Below, one piece after another: positions 51,107 to 61,799 of a stretch of DNA of 64,000 nt. The notes beneath the pieces are model-generated. The model did no database searches, was not told the DNA's origin, and was given only the letters and a program-made list of their open reading frames with translations. The position numbers were made by a program, and so were the translations under genes. This DNA comes from Desulfobacter sp. GTDB lineage: Bacteria > Desulfobacterota > Desulfobacteria > Desulfobacterales > Desulfobacteraceae. How positions within the stretch are numbered: the first letter of the stretch is position 1; each line of letters opens with the position of its first letter. The stretch lies in NCBI GenBank assembly GCA_028768525.1, contig CP054837.1:1391622-1455621 (forward strand). Direction: 5' to 3'.

Positions 51107-51400
51107 AAGATGTCCTTCTGTTCAAATCCCAAACAACAAAAAAATGCATTAACTCAAACCAACTATGTTTCATACACTGTCTTCGAAAAATAGTTTAAAC
51201 AATTTATCACAAAATGCATCTTTTATCTCTGAATAAGATACTCTGTCAAAATAATATCCAGTCACGCTTTTGCCTAAAAACCGGGATTTCTGGACAACTG
51301 ACTAAGAGTTAGTTACGGGAAATCTTAGAGAGGTTTTTAATACATGCAAATCCTCTTTTACAGTGTCTTAAATCAATACCTCCTAATGTTACCCCCCTTC

Positions 51401-52222
51401 TTATTTCCGCCAGTAAACACCTGTCCAGTCAATGCTTTCTATAGGGCTTTCAATTTTGTGCTCTTTACGATAGATATCCACAGCCTTTTTACAAGGTGGA
51501 TGAACATAATCGTCAATAATACAAAATCCGCCATCAGATAATTTAGGATATAGATTTGTAATGGCATCCATGGTGGATTCATACATGTCACCGTCAATCC
51601 TTAAAACAGACAGTTTATCAATAGGCGCCGTGGGCAGAGTATCTTTAAACCAGCCTTTAAGGAAATGAACATTCTCATCAAGCAATCCATATTTTTCAAA
51701 ATTTGACTTAACGATGTCCTCTGAAACTGCAAGGAAATCCTCTGTATAGTGTATATCTCCAATGTCTAGAGGATATTTTTCTTCATCAGGTTTAGGAAGG
51801 CCTTCAAACGAGTCTGCAACATACACAATCCGATCAGAAATATTGTAAGACTTCAAAATAGCTTTCATAAGTATTACAGCACCTCCCCGCCAAACTCCTG
51901 TTTCAATAAAATCTCCTTTAATATCCTCTTTCAGTACTGTTTCAACGCAATACTGGATATTGTCCAAACGTTTTCTGCCAACCATAGATTCCCCATACCG
52001 TGGCCATACTTTGCCATCCTCTTTATCTGACTCATTAGATTTCGGTAATTTAACAATCTGATAATTAAATAGTCTGAAAAATTTAACCAGTGTTAATAAA
52101 AAAGTTCTATGAACTTTGCTCTTTTTGTATGCAAAGGTTTCAATCGGCATACCAGGTTCATCCCATAGGGCAAAATTAAGCGTATCTTTTAATAATTCTA
52201 AATATAAATTTTTCGTTTTCAT
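51401..52222 (-). CDS. TylF/MycF/NovP family sugar O-methyltransferase
   Basis: GDFIETGVWRGGA, ADSFEGLP, KGWFKDTLP, LRIDGDMYEST, IIDDY. Confidence 0.92.
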   Translation of the reverse strand: MKTKNLYLELLKDTLNFALWDEPGMPIETFAYKKSKVHRTFLLTLVKFFRLFNYQIVKLPKSNESDKEDGKVWPRYGESMVGRKRLDNIQYCVETVLKEDIKGDFIETGVWRGGAVILMKAILKSYNISDRIVYVADSFEGLPKPDEEKYPLDIGDIHYTEDFLAVSEDIVKSNFEKYGLLDENVHFLKGWFKDTLPTAPIDKLSVLRIDGDMYESTMDAITNLYPKLSDGGFCIIDDYVHPPCKKAVDIYRKEHKIESPIESIDWTGVYWRK

Positions 52223-52397
52223 ATATAATGATTTCCAAAATTATGTAAGTTATCTGAATAGATCTCAATCGCAAAACAAGCAATCTTTTTAGGATATCAT
52301 TAAAGCTATTGTCAAGGAGAGATTCTATGTAGCCTTAAATTATTATTTGCATTTAACTATAGTTCGGGCTCTGATCGTCCAATTCAGCTCAGGCGAC

Positions 52398-53198
52398 TTA
52401 TTTATAATCACTCTTTTTTATTTCTAAAAAAGAATCAATCCCATTCTTCTTTAAATAAAGCTTGGCATACTTATAGAAGGTACCCTGAAAATTGCCGAAT
52501 GCGATCATGAATCCCGGCCAGCCATCCAGAATACCAAGTTTCAGAATATAGATGGTAAAGGCAGACCAGAATCCGTGGGCCAATGCTTTGAACATACCTG
52601 CGGATTTTCCGGCTTCCGCCAGTTTCTCCGCCCCCAGCGTGGAATAGCGGTTGGATTTGTGGATCACCTCTTCCAGATTCTTATAGGGAATCTGAAGGAT
52701 ATTGGATTTAAAATGCCCACAGGGCCGGTCGCTGACCACCCGGTAGCGTTCATGAACGGCGTCGGGCTCAAAGACCAATACCCCTTTTCGGAAAAGCTGG
52801 GGCTGCCTGTAATCGGGGTAAAAACCGGCATGGCGGATCCACCGGCCCATGAAAAAATTACGTCTAGGCACATAGTAGGCGTCCATACTGCCGGGATCAT
52901 TGATGATTGACAGAATCTCCTGCCGGGCCGCTTCGGTACACCGTTCATCGGAATCCAGGCTGAAAATCCAGTCATGGGAACAGGCGGCAATGGCATCGTT
53001 CCTCAGCTTCCCAAACCCCTTAAAGGGAATCTGAACCACCCGTGCGCCATGGGCTTCAGCGATTTCAACGGTCCCATCAGTGCTGTTTGAATCCGCCACC
53101 ACGATTTCATCTGCCCAGGCAACGCTTTTCAGGGCGTCCCTAATCTTGTCTGCTTCATTGAATGCGATTATATAAACGGATAATTTATTCACTGTCAT
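52398..53198 (-). CDS. GT2 LPS core glycosyltransferase (WaaE/KdtX-like)
   Basis: IIAFNEA, DSNSTDGT, WIFSLDSDE, KSNRYS; AAGGA RBS before ATG 53198. Confidence 0.88.
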   Translation of the reverse strand: MTVNKLSVYIIAFNEADKIRDALKSVAWADEIVVADSNSTDGTVEIAEAHGARVVQIPFKGFGKLRNDAIAACSHDWIFSLDSDERCTEAARQEILSIINDPGSMDAYYVPRRNFFMGRWIRHAGFYPDYRQPQLFRKGVLVFEPDAVHERYRVVSDRPCGHFKSNILQIPYKNLEEVIHKSNRYSTLGAEKLAEAGKSAGMFKALAHGFWSAFTIYILKLGILDGWPGFMIAFGNFQGTFYKYAKLYLKKNGIDSFLEIKKSDYK

Positions 53199-54018
53199 AT
53201 CCTTGCGCACCGGCATCTTCATCTGACGCAGCAAGACTGTCCAGTCCCAGCCGGCAATAATAGGTTTCAGAACGCTCTGAAATTTCCAAAAGGGCGTCAT
53301 TTTCTTCCAATTTATCCCGGGAATTCTCCCGGTGCCACAGATGGTAGCAGATGGCACGGAAAGGGTGCTCCCTGCGCGTCAAGCCGTAGCGAAAGAGCCG
53401 GACCACAAATTCTGTATCCTCCCGCCCCCACCCCACGAAAGCCTGGTTGAAACCGTTCACGGCCACCATATCCTCCCGGAAAATACCCATGTTGCAGCTG
53501 CGGATCCCAGAGAGTTTTTTTACCGTATAGGCTGGTAGAAAGGGCACCCTGACAATGTGGTGGCCGTTGGAAATGTCTTTCCCCAAAACAAGTCCCATGA
53601 GGCGGAGGAGTGATCCCATGTCCCTGTGATCAAACTCTTCCACCTGCTTTTCATTGACCAGCACCCGTTTTCCCTGAAAAAAACTGCCGGGCCGTGCAAG
53701 GGCCATGTGGTCGGCCACAAAATGCCTTTCAGGGATACAGTCGCCGTCCAGGAGGATTAGATAATCCCCTTCAGCGGCCAGGACCGCCTTATTCCGGATT
53801 CTTGCCGCCCGGAACCCCTCATCCGCCTGCCACACATGGGATATGGAAATATCCTGCCTGGCCAGGTAGGGGGAGAGCATCTCTTCGGTTTGAGGGCCGG
53901 AACCGTCATCGGCCACGATAATGTCATGGGGCAGGCAGGTCTGGCCAAGCAGGCCGTCCAGCACTTTTTTCAAGGCATCAGGCCGGTTATAGGTGGTCAC
54001 AATCACCGAGGCTCTCAT
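53185..54018 (-). CDS. GT2 glycosyltransferase
   Basis: VTTYNRP, VADDGSG, LLDGDC, VNGFN..FVGWGREDTE. Confidence 0.9.
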   Translation of the reverse strand: MRASVIVTTYNRPDALKKVLDGLLGQTCLPHDIIVADDGSGPQTEEMLSPYLARQDISISHVWQADEGFRAARIRNKAVLAAEGDYLILLDGDCIPERHFVADHMALARPGSFFQGKRVLVNEKQVEEFDHRDMGSLLRLMGLVLGKDISNGHHIVRVPFLPAYTVKKLSGIRSCNMGIFREDMVAVNGFNQAFVGWGREDTEFVVRLFRYGLTRREHPFRAICYHLWHRENSRDKLEENDALLEISERSETYYCRLGLDSLAASDEDAGAQGYDSE

Positions 54019-55058
54019 GGCCGGTTCTCCCGGATTTTCCCATATACCTCGTCAACGGAAAGATCCGCCATGCATTGGAATCGGTTTGCTTCGCAGGGAT
54101 GTTTGGCATAGCAGGGAGAACAGGGCAGGTCCTTTTGAATCACGGTGTGCATCTTTCCGTAGGGTCCGGTCCGTATGGGGTTGGCCGGTCCGAAGATGGC
54201 AAACACCGGTACATTCAGCGCTGCAGCCATGTGCATGGGGCCGGTATCGTTGCAGATAAAAAATTCAGCCCCCCCAATAACCGGCAGCAATTCTTTTAAT
54301 CCTGTCTGTCCGGCAATGGAGATGGCATTGCCCTGGGAATGGGCAACTGTAATTTCTGCAATTTCTGCTTCGGCCGCTGATGCGATGACCACCACGGGCA
54401 GCTCCAGCCGTGCGGCCAGGGCGCCGAATTTTTCAGCAGGCCACCGGTTGGCAGGTTTCCCTGCAGAGGGGCTCATTACCGCATAGCGGGGCGGCAGGAT
54501 CTTGCAGACCGGGGGATGCGGATCATAGGGTGCAAAGGGATAGACCACCTCATCGGTTCGGCAGCCCAGAAATCCTGCCAGCTTGAGGTAGCGGTCTATG
54601 GCATGGATTTTCATGGATCCGTGGACCTTATGGGTATAGAATAAAGGGCTTCCTTCGTCTGATTCCCTGAATCCCAGGCGAACAGGTGCCTTTGAAAATC
54701 CAGAAATCAAGCCGGACCGGAACAGACCGGACAGGTCAATACAGACATCGTAATTCTGCTTCCCCAGATCCCGGCGAAGCTGATTGATCTCCCCCAGGGT
54801 CTGCCTGAGATTGGAAAATCTTTTCCACTGGTCCTTTTTGATCACCCATAACCGGTTAATCATGGGATGGCCTTCAAGAAATTTGTGGAGGCCGTGGGCC
54901 ACCACCCAGTCGATCCTGGCCCTTGGAAATTTTCCTTTCAGGGCGCTGAGTACCGGAAGGGAATGGACGATGTCTCCCAATGCACTGGGTTTTACGATTA
55001 AAATCCGATTAATGGGGCCGGACAGGTTTCCACTGCCATCCACAACAGGCTTAACCAC
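54015..55058 (-). CDS. waaC: GT9 heptosyltransferase I-like
   Basis: LIVKPSALGDIVHSLP, NDTGPMHMAAA, IFGP. Confidence 0.7.
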   Translation of the reverse strand: MVKPVVDGSGNLSGPINRILIVKPSALGDIVHSLPVLSALKGKFPRARIDWVVAHGLHKFLEGHPMINRLWVIKKDQWKRFSNLRQTLGEINQLRRDLGKQNYDVCIDLSGLFRSGLISGFSKAPVRLGFRESDEGSPLFYTHKVHGSMKIHAIDRYLKLAGFLGCRTDEVVYPFAPYDPHPPVCKILPPRYAVMSPSAGKPANRWPAEKFGALAARLELPVVVIASAAEAEIAEITVAHSQGNAISIAGQTGLKELLPVIGGAEFFICNDTGPMHMAAALNVPVFAIFGPANPIRTGPYGKMHTVIQKDLPCSPCYAKHPCEANRFQCMADLSVDEVYGKIRENRP

Positions 55059-56118
55059 GGTATCCCCCTTTCTCCATCAGCATACAGCAGGCATCCAGCA
55101 CCCGGCCCACACCGATCCGTTCCATACACCTGTGATCGATGGGGCACTCCTTTTTCAGGCAGGGACTGCAATGGACAGGTTCCCTGACCATGATGCTGTT
55201 TGGGTTCGACGGAGCCGTTGCAATAAAATCCGTTGAACCGATCACCGCCACCTGGTTCACCTTGAGTGCGGCGGCGGCATGCATGAGTCCGGAATCGTTT
55301 GTGACAAAAAGGTCGCATGCCCCGATGAGGGCAAAGGCTCTGGCCAGGCTCGTTTTACCGGCCATATTCACACATGCCCCCTGCGACATGGCTGAAATCT
55401 TTTCTCCCAGGTCATAATCAGAAGCCCCCCCGAAAATGATCACCTTGGTATTGTATTTCTCCGCCAGCGCCCCGGCCAGTTCTGCATACCGCTCCGGAAA
55501 CCAGCGTTTGGCGGTTCCGCCCGTAGCTCCTGGATTGATACCGATAACCGGCATGCCCGATCCGGACAGATCTTTTTCCGCCAGCAGACTTTGGGCCCAG
55601 GTTCTATCTTCGGCAGAGACATGCAATTCCAGGTCTCTGCTGTCGGCCCTCAATCCCGCCCGGGTAAGAATGGCAATATAATAATCAATGAGATGGCCCT
55701 TTTTCAGGGCCGGATCCATCTTGATACAACGGTTAAGCAGCAGAGTTCTGGCATCTGTATCGTAGCCCAGCCGCTCGGGTACCCCTGCCAGGAATGCCAG
55801 CAATGCCGCCTCAAAGGCGTTCTGCATGAGGATGGCCAGGTCAAAATTCTTTCTGCGGATATCCCGGGCCAACCTCAGAGTGCCCGCCCCCATTTTATGG
55901 CGTCCGCCATTCTCATAGATCATAACCTCATCCACATGGGGGTTGGATTCATATACCGGCACCACCCAGGGTTTGGCCAATACAGCGATATGGGCTTGGG
56001 GGAAATTTTTACGCACCGCCCGGATCACGGGGGTGGTCATGATGGCGTCCCCCACCCAGTTGGCGGCCCGGATCAGGATCCTACCCCGACTTCTGTCGTC
56101 GAATTTGATGAATTTCAT
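55051..56118 (-). CDS. waaF: Heptosyltransferase II
   Basis: RAANWVGDAIM, NPGATGGTAKRW, TNDSGLMH. Confidence 0.9.
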   Translation of the reverse strand: MKFIKFDDRSRGRILIRAANWVGDAIMTTPVIRAVRKNFPQAHIAVLAKPWVVPVYESNPHVDEVMIYENGGRHKMGAGTLRLARDIRRKNFDLAILMQNAFEAALLAFLAGVPERLGYDTDARTLLLNRCIKMDPALKKGHLIDYYIAILTRAGLRADSRDLELHVSAEDRTWAQSLLAEKDLSGSGMPVIGINPGATGGTAKRWFPERYAELAGALAEKYNTKVIIFGGASDYDLGEKISAMSQGACVNMAGKTSLARAFALIGACDLFVTNDSGLMHAAAALKVNQVAVIGSTDFIATAPSNPNSIMVREPVHCSPCLKKECPIDHRCMERIGVGRVLDACCMLMEKGGYRG

Positions 56119-57014
56119 ATTTTTTTAGGCCAGGGGCTATAGTTTTTGGTTTTCCAACGGTTGTGGACCCAAAAATATTGATCAGGATATTTTTTCACCA
56201 TGGATTCAATGGCATCGTTGTAATTCTGTGTGTTTATTTCAAGATCCTTAATGTTGTCATTGGTCTCAACCAACTGTATTTCAGGTAAAAACTCGATAAG
56301 GTATTCTCTGCTTTTCCGGACCGTATACATTGGGATAACTGGAGCCTTGGTTCTCAAAGCTAACATGGCAAGCCCTTTATTAGTACAGGCGGGTCTGCCG
56401 AAAAATTCGACAAAAGCCCCTTTATACCAATCTACATTCTGATCCAACAATGTTCCCACCACACCACCAGATTTCAGAACATCATTAATTGTATCCGATG
56501 CCCCGATGATGGGTATCATGGTCACCCCGAACCGCTGCCGCATACTCCGGATCAACCGGTCCAGGGGAGAAAAATCCAGAGCGCGGTAAACAGCATATCC
56601 CCTGAAGCCGGTTTCGTCGATGGCCGGTATCAGCATTTCAAAATTCCCCATGTGGCAGGTGACCACAATGACGCCCCGGCCTTTGGCATGGGCCTGTTTA
56701 ACATGCTCCAATCCCTTTATGGTGAAATGGGAAAGGAACGCTTCCTTGCTGAATTTCTGGGCCCAGGCCACTTCAAACAGGATGGATGCAATATTTTTAA
56801 ACACCCGCTTACCCATGGCCTCAATCTGGGCCTGGTTCATCTCATCTCCAAAGCACCGGGTCAGGTTGTCCAGGGTTATCTTCCTGTGCCGGCGGTCGAT
56901 TCTGAACCAGAGCAGCCCGATGAGATCGGCACAGAAATCAGCCGCCCATACGGGAATCCTGCCAAGCATCATCACCAACAGCATGAGGAGCCGGTATATT
57001 TGATCGTCGTTCAT
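56115..57014 (-). CDS. lpxL: Lipid A late acyltransferase (LpxL/HtrB family)
   Basis: TCHMGNFE, LLDQN, FFG, YPDQYFWVHNRWK. Confidence 0.85.
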   Translation of the reverse strand: MNDDQIYRLLMLLVMMLGRIPVWAADFCADLIGLLWFRIDRRHRKITLDNLTRCFGDEMNQAQIEAMGKRVFKNIASILFEVAWAQKFSKEAFLSHFTIKGLEHVKQAHAKGRGVIVVTCHMGNFEMLIPAIDETGFRGYAVYRALDFSPLDRLIRSMRQRFGVTMIPIIGASDTINDVLKSGGVVGTLLDQNVDWYKGAFVEFFGRPACTNKGLAMLALRTKAPVIPMYTVRKSREYLIEFLPEIQLVETNDNIKDLEINTQNYNDAIESMVKKYPDQYFWVHNRWKTKNYSPWPKKI

Positions 57015-58153
57015 AAATTCAATTTCGATTTAAAAAATTGTTTAAACCCATCCTCGTTGTCAAACCCCATCCGGACACCGATCACCCCCAGATCCATTTC
57101 CCAGTCAAAGCCGGGGTCCATTTTGGTGTGGTCCTTTTCCGTGGTGAGCACCATATCTGCCCCAAGGGTTCGGGCGTGGGCCTTTACCGCCTCAAAATCA
57201 GCCCTGTTATACCTGTAATGGTCCTGAAATTCAAGGTGGGCAAGAATCTGCACCCTTAGGCCGGCAACGGTATTTCTAAATGCATGGTTTTGGGCGATTC
57301 CCGAAAACAATACTGCTTTTTTCCCCTTAAGGCCCTCTACTCTTGGTTGTATATCAAGGTTAGGAGGACAGGCCGACCATCTGGCCAAGAAGGGCTGATG
57401 CCGGGTATAAAATATAGGGTGATCCGGAAAGTAATCTTCTACCTCGTGGATCCTTTTTTCTGCAGCACCCTTATTTCCGGATATCGGGCACCGGGTCAAA
57501 ACGATACCGTCAATCCGCTCACGGGCCATGGCCGGGGTCTCCCGCAGGCGCCCGGCCGGCAGCATCCGACCGTTACCCAAAGGCCTGTCATGGTCAAACA
57601 GGACCAGGTTTAGCTCCCTGGCAAGGGCCAGATGCTGGAATCCGTCATCCAGGATAATTACGTCGGGATGAAAGGTGTCAACGGCCAACCGGCCGGCCGT
57701 ATACCGTTTTCTGCCCACCACCACAGGAAACCGCTTTTTCATGGCCATCATAAAGGGTTCATCACCTGCCGCCTGCGCATCCATAAGTACCTGGCCGCCG
57801 TCACCGACCACTGCGGCAGCCTCCTTATAATTCCCGCCATAACCGCGACTGACCACCACCGGCCGATATCCCATGTCGATCAACAGCTCAGCCAGATAAA
57901 TGGTCATGGGGGTTTTACCCGATCCTCCGGCTGTGATATTGCCAATGGAGATTACCGGGCAGGGCAGTTTTTTTTGTTTTAAAATCCCGGCCCAGTACAT
58001 GGCCAGTCGGATCCCCGTCATGGCCTGGTAAACATAGGAAACAGCGACTAAAACGCCTTCCAGGGAAAAAACGCCAGGCCGGTATTCCCGGTCCGATATC
58101 TCGGTGATTCTTTTTTCCAGGTATTTAAGAAAAGATTTAATGGAGAAAACCAT
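57011..58153 (-). CDS. lpxK: Lipid A 4'-kinase
   Basis: SIGNITAGGSGKTP, SRGYGG, GDEP, LDDGFQH, LPAGRLRE, TTEKD. Confidence 0.95.
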   Translation of the reverse strand: MVFSIKSFLKYLEKRITEISDREYRPGVFSLEGVLVAVSYVYQAMTGIRLAMYWAGILKQKKLPCPVISIGNITAGGSGKTPMTIYLAELLIDMGYRPVVVSRGYGGNYKEAAAVVGDGGQVLMDAQAAGDEPFMMAMKKRFPVVVGRKRYTAGRLAVDTFHPDVIILDDGFQHLALARELNLVLFDHDRPLGNGRMLPAGRLRETPAMARERIDGIVLTRCPISGNKGAAEKRIHEVEDYFPDHPIFYTRHQPFLARWSACPPNLDIQPRVEGLKGKKAVLFSGIAQNHAFRNTVAGLRVQILAHLEFQDHYRYNRADFEAVKAHARTLGADMVLTTEKDHTKMDPGFDWEMDLGVIGVRMGFDNEDGFKQFFKSKLNL

Positions 58154-59438
58154 GATCCAGCCTTTTGATCATTCTATCCAGGGCGCCGACATTATTTAAA
58201 AACACCTTTAGGGCCGCCTCGCCCATGGCCCGGCACCGCCCGGCATCGGCCAGCATCGCCCCAGCCCTTTCCGCCAGCGCCCCGGAGCCATCCACCCTTT
58301 CAGCCCCGCCGCCATCCAGAAGCAGTCTTTCCATCTCACTGAAATCCGTCATATGAGGACCGAAGAGTACTGGTTTGGCAAACATGGCAGGTTCCAGGGG
58401 GTTATGGCCTCCGCAGGAAACAAGGGAGCCCCCGACAAAGGCAAAATCGCACAGGGCATAGGCCATGGCCAGTTCTCCCATACTGTCGATAAAAAGAATA
58501 TCCGCCCCGGATTTCTCGGGCCCGGAATCCGATAGGCGAGCAGTGGCAAATGGTGCCAAGTGCTGTTCTTTGAGCAATTGCCCGGTCCGGTTGGGGTCCC
58601 TGGGGGCGATGATCAACCGGAGTTCAGGGCAATTTTCTTTTATTTTGGAAAATGCCTCCACCACCATGGCCTCTTCACCGGGGTGGGTGGAGCCGGCAAT
58701 CCATACGGGTTGCCCGGTCCGGATGCCGAACCTTTCCCTGAGCTTCTCCAATTCCGTCGGGGAGATCTCGGGCCTGGGCTGGTCAAACTTCATATTGCCG
58801 GTAACACTGATACGGGCTTCGGAAACCCCAAGCCGCCTGAACCCCGCTGCGTCCTCCCGGGTCTGGGCCATGATATGGGAGAGGCCGGAAAAAAAAAGGA
58901 CAGTGGCCCGGCCCAGGCGCAGGTAACCTTTTAAGGAGCGGGGTGAAATTCTTGCATTGACCAGAACCACCGGTATCTGTTTTCCTTTCATGATGGAGAG
59001 GAACCCCGGCCAAAGATCAGTTTCCACAAGGCAGACCAGATCCGGCCGAACCCTGCCGGCCACAGCCAGAACCGCCCCCCATAAGTCAAAGGGGAAATAT
59101 CCCAATCCATGGAGTGGAGACCCTTCTTTTTCAGGGCCCATCAGGCGCCGGGCCGTTTCAAATCCCGTCCGGGTCGAGGCGGTGAAAATGATCTGGGCAT
59201 TAGGCTTTTCCTCTTTCATCCGCCGGACAAAGGGGAGGGCGGAATTCACTTCCCCCACGGAGAGGGCATGAATCCATATCCGGTATGCTCCCGATTTTTT
59301 CTTTGGAATGCCCGTAAACATGCCCAGGCGCTGCAGCAGATTGGCCCGGCGTTTTTCAGATGCCAGCCAAACCAGGGGCAGAAAAGGAAGGACCAGCAAA
59401 AAAACAAGGCTGGCAGCGATGTGGTAAAGAATCATCAT
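58137..59438 (-). CDS. waaA: Kdo transferase
   Basis: WIHALSVGEV, ETDLWP, NARIS, AGSTHPGEE, APR, GGHNPLEPA. Confidence 0.95.
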   Translation of the reverse strand: MMILYHIAASLVFLLVLPFLPLVWLASEKRRANLLQRLGMFTGIPKKKSGAYRIWIHALSVGEVNSALPFVRRMKEEKPNAQIIFTASTRTGFETARRLMGPEKEGSPLHGLGYFPFDLWGAVLAVAGRVRPDLVCLVETDLWPGFLSIMKGKQIPVVLVNARISPRSLKGYLRLGRATVLFFSGLSHIMAQTREDAAGFRRLGVSEARISVTGNMKFDQPRPEISPTELEKLRERFGIRTGQPVWIAGSTHPGEEAMVVEAFSKIKENCPELRLIIAPRDPNRTGQLLKEQHLAPFATARLSDSGPEKSGADILFIDSMGELAMAYALCDFAFVGGSLVSCGGHNPLEPAMFAKPVLFGPHMTDFSEMERLLLDGGGAERVDGSGALAERAGAMLADAGRCRAMGEAALKVFLNNVGALDRMIKRLDHGFLH

Positions 59439-59448
59439 TTCTTCTCTT

Positions 59449-60525
59449 TTATTCCGTCTGGATGAGATAGATGATCCCAAGGCAGAAAAAAACGATATTT
59501 CCCACCCAGGCCGCCACCAGGGGCGGCAGTATCTTGGCATACCCCAGGGACATGCAGAATCCGTAGACAAACCAGTAGAGAAAACAGATGACCACCCCCA
59601 GGGCAATGGCCACTGGCAGGTTGGTTTTCACAAAGGAGCGCATGCCTGTAGCGGCCCCTGTCAGGGCCATGATCACACATATGAAGGGAAAGGCCAGCTT
59701 ACCGTTCATGTCCACCTTATAAGTGGTGGCGTCGTATCCTTCGGCCGTCACCTTTTTTACATAGGAGCGGAGTTCAGAAAAACTCATCTCGTCGGATTTC
59801 TGGGCCACCCGTCCCAGGTCTTCGGGTTTGATATCAAGGGTACGCCGGATTTCAGGCAGTGTGGACACCATATAATCGGTGTCGGCAGGATTGTACATCT
59901 GGCGGGTCACCCCCTGGAAGACCCATTCCCCGTTGTCGTAATACCCTTTTTTTGCATCTATCCGGGCCTCAATTCTGAATCCCTCCCCCATAGTGGTGCA
60001 GGTGATCCCCTCGGCGGTCTGCTGGACCGGATCGTAAAAATTAATATGGACCAGGGTCGACCCGGATTTAATCCATATGTCGTTGCGCCCCTGGGACATC
60101 TGTGCCCGCCCTGACATCTCCTGGTACCGGATGTAATTGGCTTTGGCCATGGAGATGGGGATCAGGGTCTCCCCCATCAAAATCATAACGCCGGCAAGCA
60201 GGGTGCCGGCAAGCAGGGCGGGCTTCACCAGAAAATAGACGGAGATTCCCGAGGACTTCAGGGCCGTCAGTTCCATATTACGGTTCATAATGCCAAAAGA
60301 GGCAATAACGGCCAGAAGCAGGCTGGCCGGTGTCAGCTGGACAAACATGAAGGGCAGTTTGAGAAGCACATACCAGAGCCCCCGGCCCAGGCCGATGCCT
60401 GAATTGAAAAAATTGTCCATCCGGGAGAGGTAGTCAATGAAGACAAAGAGCACCAGGATCATCACCTGGATGATGATAAAAAACTTAAAAAACTCTTTCA
60501 GCCAGTATCTGTGGAGGCACTTCAC
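59449..60525 (-). CDS. lptG: LPS export permease LptG
   Basis: ELTALKSSGIS, EMSFSEL, KLAFPF; GTG start overlaps the lptF stop. Confidence 0.88.
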   Translation of the reverse strand: MKCLHRYWLKEFFKFFIIIQVMILVLFVFIDYLSRMDNFFNSGIGLGRGLWYVLLKLPFMFVQLTPASLLLAVIASFGIMNRNMELTALKSSGISVYFLVKPALLAGTLLAGVMILMGETLIPISMAKANYIRYQEMSGRAQMSQGRNDIWIKSGSTLVHINFYDPVQQTAEGITCTTMGEGFRIEARIDAKKGYYDNGEWVFQGVTRQMYNPADTDYMVSTLPEIRRTLDIKPEDLGRVAQKSDEMSFSELRSYVKKVTAEGYDATTYKVDMNGKLAFPFICVIMALTGAATGMRSFVKTNLPVAIALGVVICFLYWFVYGFCMSLGYAKILPPLVAAWVGNIVFFCLGIIYLIQTE

Positions 60526-61712
60526 GAATTTGTCCTCTTTTTCAATCTCTTTTTCAAGGCTTCCACGCCCCGCCTCACCACCCGGGGCAGTCGCACCGGT
60601 TCCTCTTTGGCATTGCGGACCAGCAGGTAGATGCCCGCCGCCCCCATCACCACATTGGGCAGCCACATCCCGATGACCGGGGGATAATGCCCGGTCTCGC
60701 CGGCGGACCAGCCCGCGGCCAGCAGGAAATAATAAAGCAGGAAAAAGAAGATGCCCAGACCGAACCCTGAAGACCTTCTCAGGGACATGGACTGGACGCC
60801 CAGGGGAAAGGCCAGAAGCCCCAAAGAGAGGCAGGCAAAGGGAATGGAAAATTTTTCATGGAAGACCATCCTGGCCTCGCTGTCCAGGGCCTCGGTTTTA
60901 AACCCGGCTCTTATGCGGTGCACCAGTTCGCCCAGGCTCATTTCATCCAGGTCCTTGACCAGTTTTTTGTTGCCCCCCTTTTGCATACTGGCCAAATCGA
61001 TATTGATGTCGTAATGGCCGAAATTGATGTGGGTGACGGAATTGTCGTCTGCGTTCACCTGGTTGATCCCCCCGTCATAGAGGCGGATGGTATAGACCTC
61101 TTCATTGCTCATCCGGATCAGCTTTCCCCGGGGGGCCACGGAGATGGAAATAACCCCCCGTGTCCGCCGGTCTTCAATGAAGACATCGGTCAGCTCCCGG
61201 GTTTTCATATCCACATGGGAGACATAAATCATGATATCATTGAGCTGGGAATTGAATTGCCGCTCCTGAAGCGCCGCATCAATACTGGACCTGGCCAGTT
61301 CTATACTCTTTTTTTTCAGGGAAAGCTTGCCCCATGAAACCCCGAACACTGTCACCCACATGGTCAGCAGGGTGGCGAGCACCGCAAAGACCAGCACCGG
61401 CGGCAGCAACTTGTACAGGGAGACCCCAGCCCCTTTCAGAGCGGTAATTTCATTTTCCCCGGACATGCGCATAAAGGTCAGAAGAACGGAGATCATGGCG
61501 GACATGGGAATGGTGAATTCCATGAACCGGGGCAGGGTAAAGCCGATCATCATCAGGATATCCGCCACATTGGTGTCGTAATTGACCACCATATTGGTGA
61601 TCTCGGGTATCCGGGTCATCAAAAATACAAAGGTCAAAAAAAAGAGACTGATGACAAAAGGCGGCACCAGCTCCATGAAAATATATGTATGCGTACGCTT
61701 AATTCCAATCAT
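60522..61712 (-). CDS. lptF: LPS export permease LptF
   Basis: RMSGENEITALKGAGVS, EKFSIPFACL; start uncertain (61712 or 61736). Confidence 0.88.
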   Translation of the reverse strand: MIGIKRTHTYIFMELVPPFVISLFFLTFVFLMTRIPEITNMVVNYDTNVADILMMIGFTLPRFMEFTIPMSAMISVLLTFMRMSGENEITALKGAGVSLYKLLPPVLVFAVLATLLTMWVTVFGVSWGKLSLKKKSIELARSSIDAALQERQFNSQLNDIMIYVSHVDMKTRELTDVFIEDRRTRGVISISVAPRGKLIRMSNEEVYTIRLYDGGINQVNADDNSVTHINFGHYDINIDLASMQKGGNKKLVKDLDEMSLGELVHRIRAGFKTEALDSEARMVFHEKFSIPFACLSLGLLAFPLGVQSMSLRRSSGFGLGIFFFLLYYFLLAAGWSAGETGHYPPVIGMWLPNVVMGAAGIYLLVRNAKEEPVRLPRVVRRGVEALKKRLKKRTNS

Positions 61713-61799
61713 TGCCTTGGGAAAATACGAATTCATTGCCCGGGTGTCAATGCATACTCTTGTTTTCAATTCTTTTTTTTTCTGGTAATGATGGGTGCC

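Larger units (their letters stand above)
44900..52400. other. Low-GC glycan-modification island within the LPS locus
   Basis: Spot-counted 60-mers: 32% (47881), 33% (45001), 43% (50161), versus 72% at 41221 outside; no mobility gene seen. Confidence 0.8.

Noticed and set aside
51107-51400. 295-bp gap in the low-GC island as a possible IS scar or sRNA
   Set aside because: Only a 5-bp inverted repeat and a ~30-codon frame are present, with no second copy or target duplication in the window
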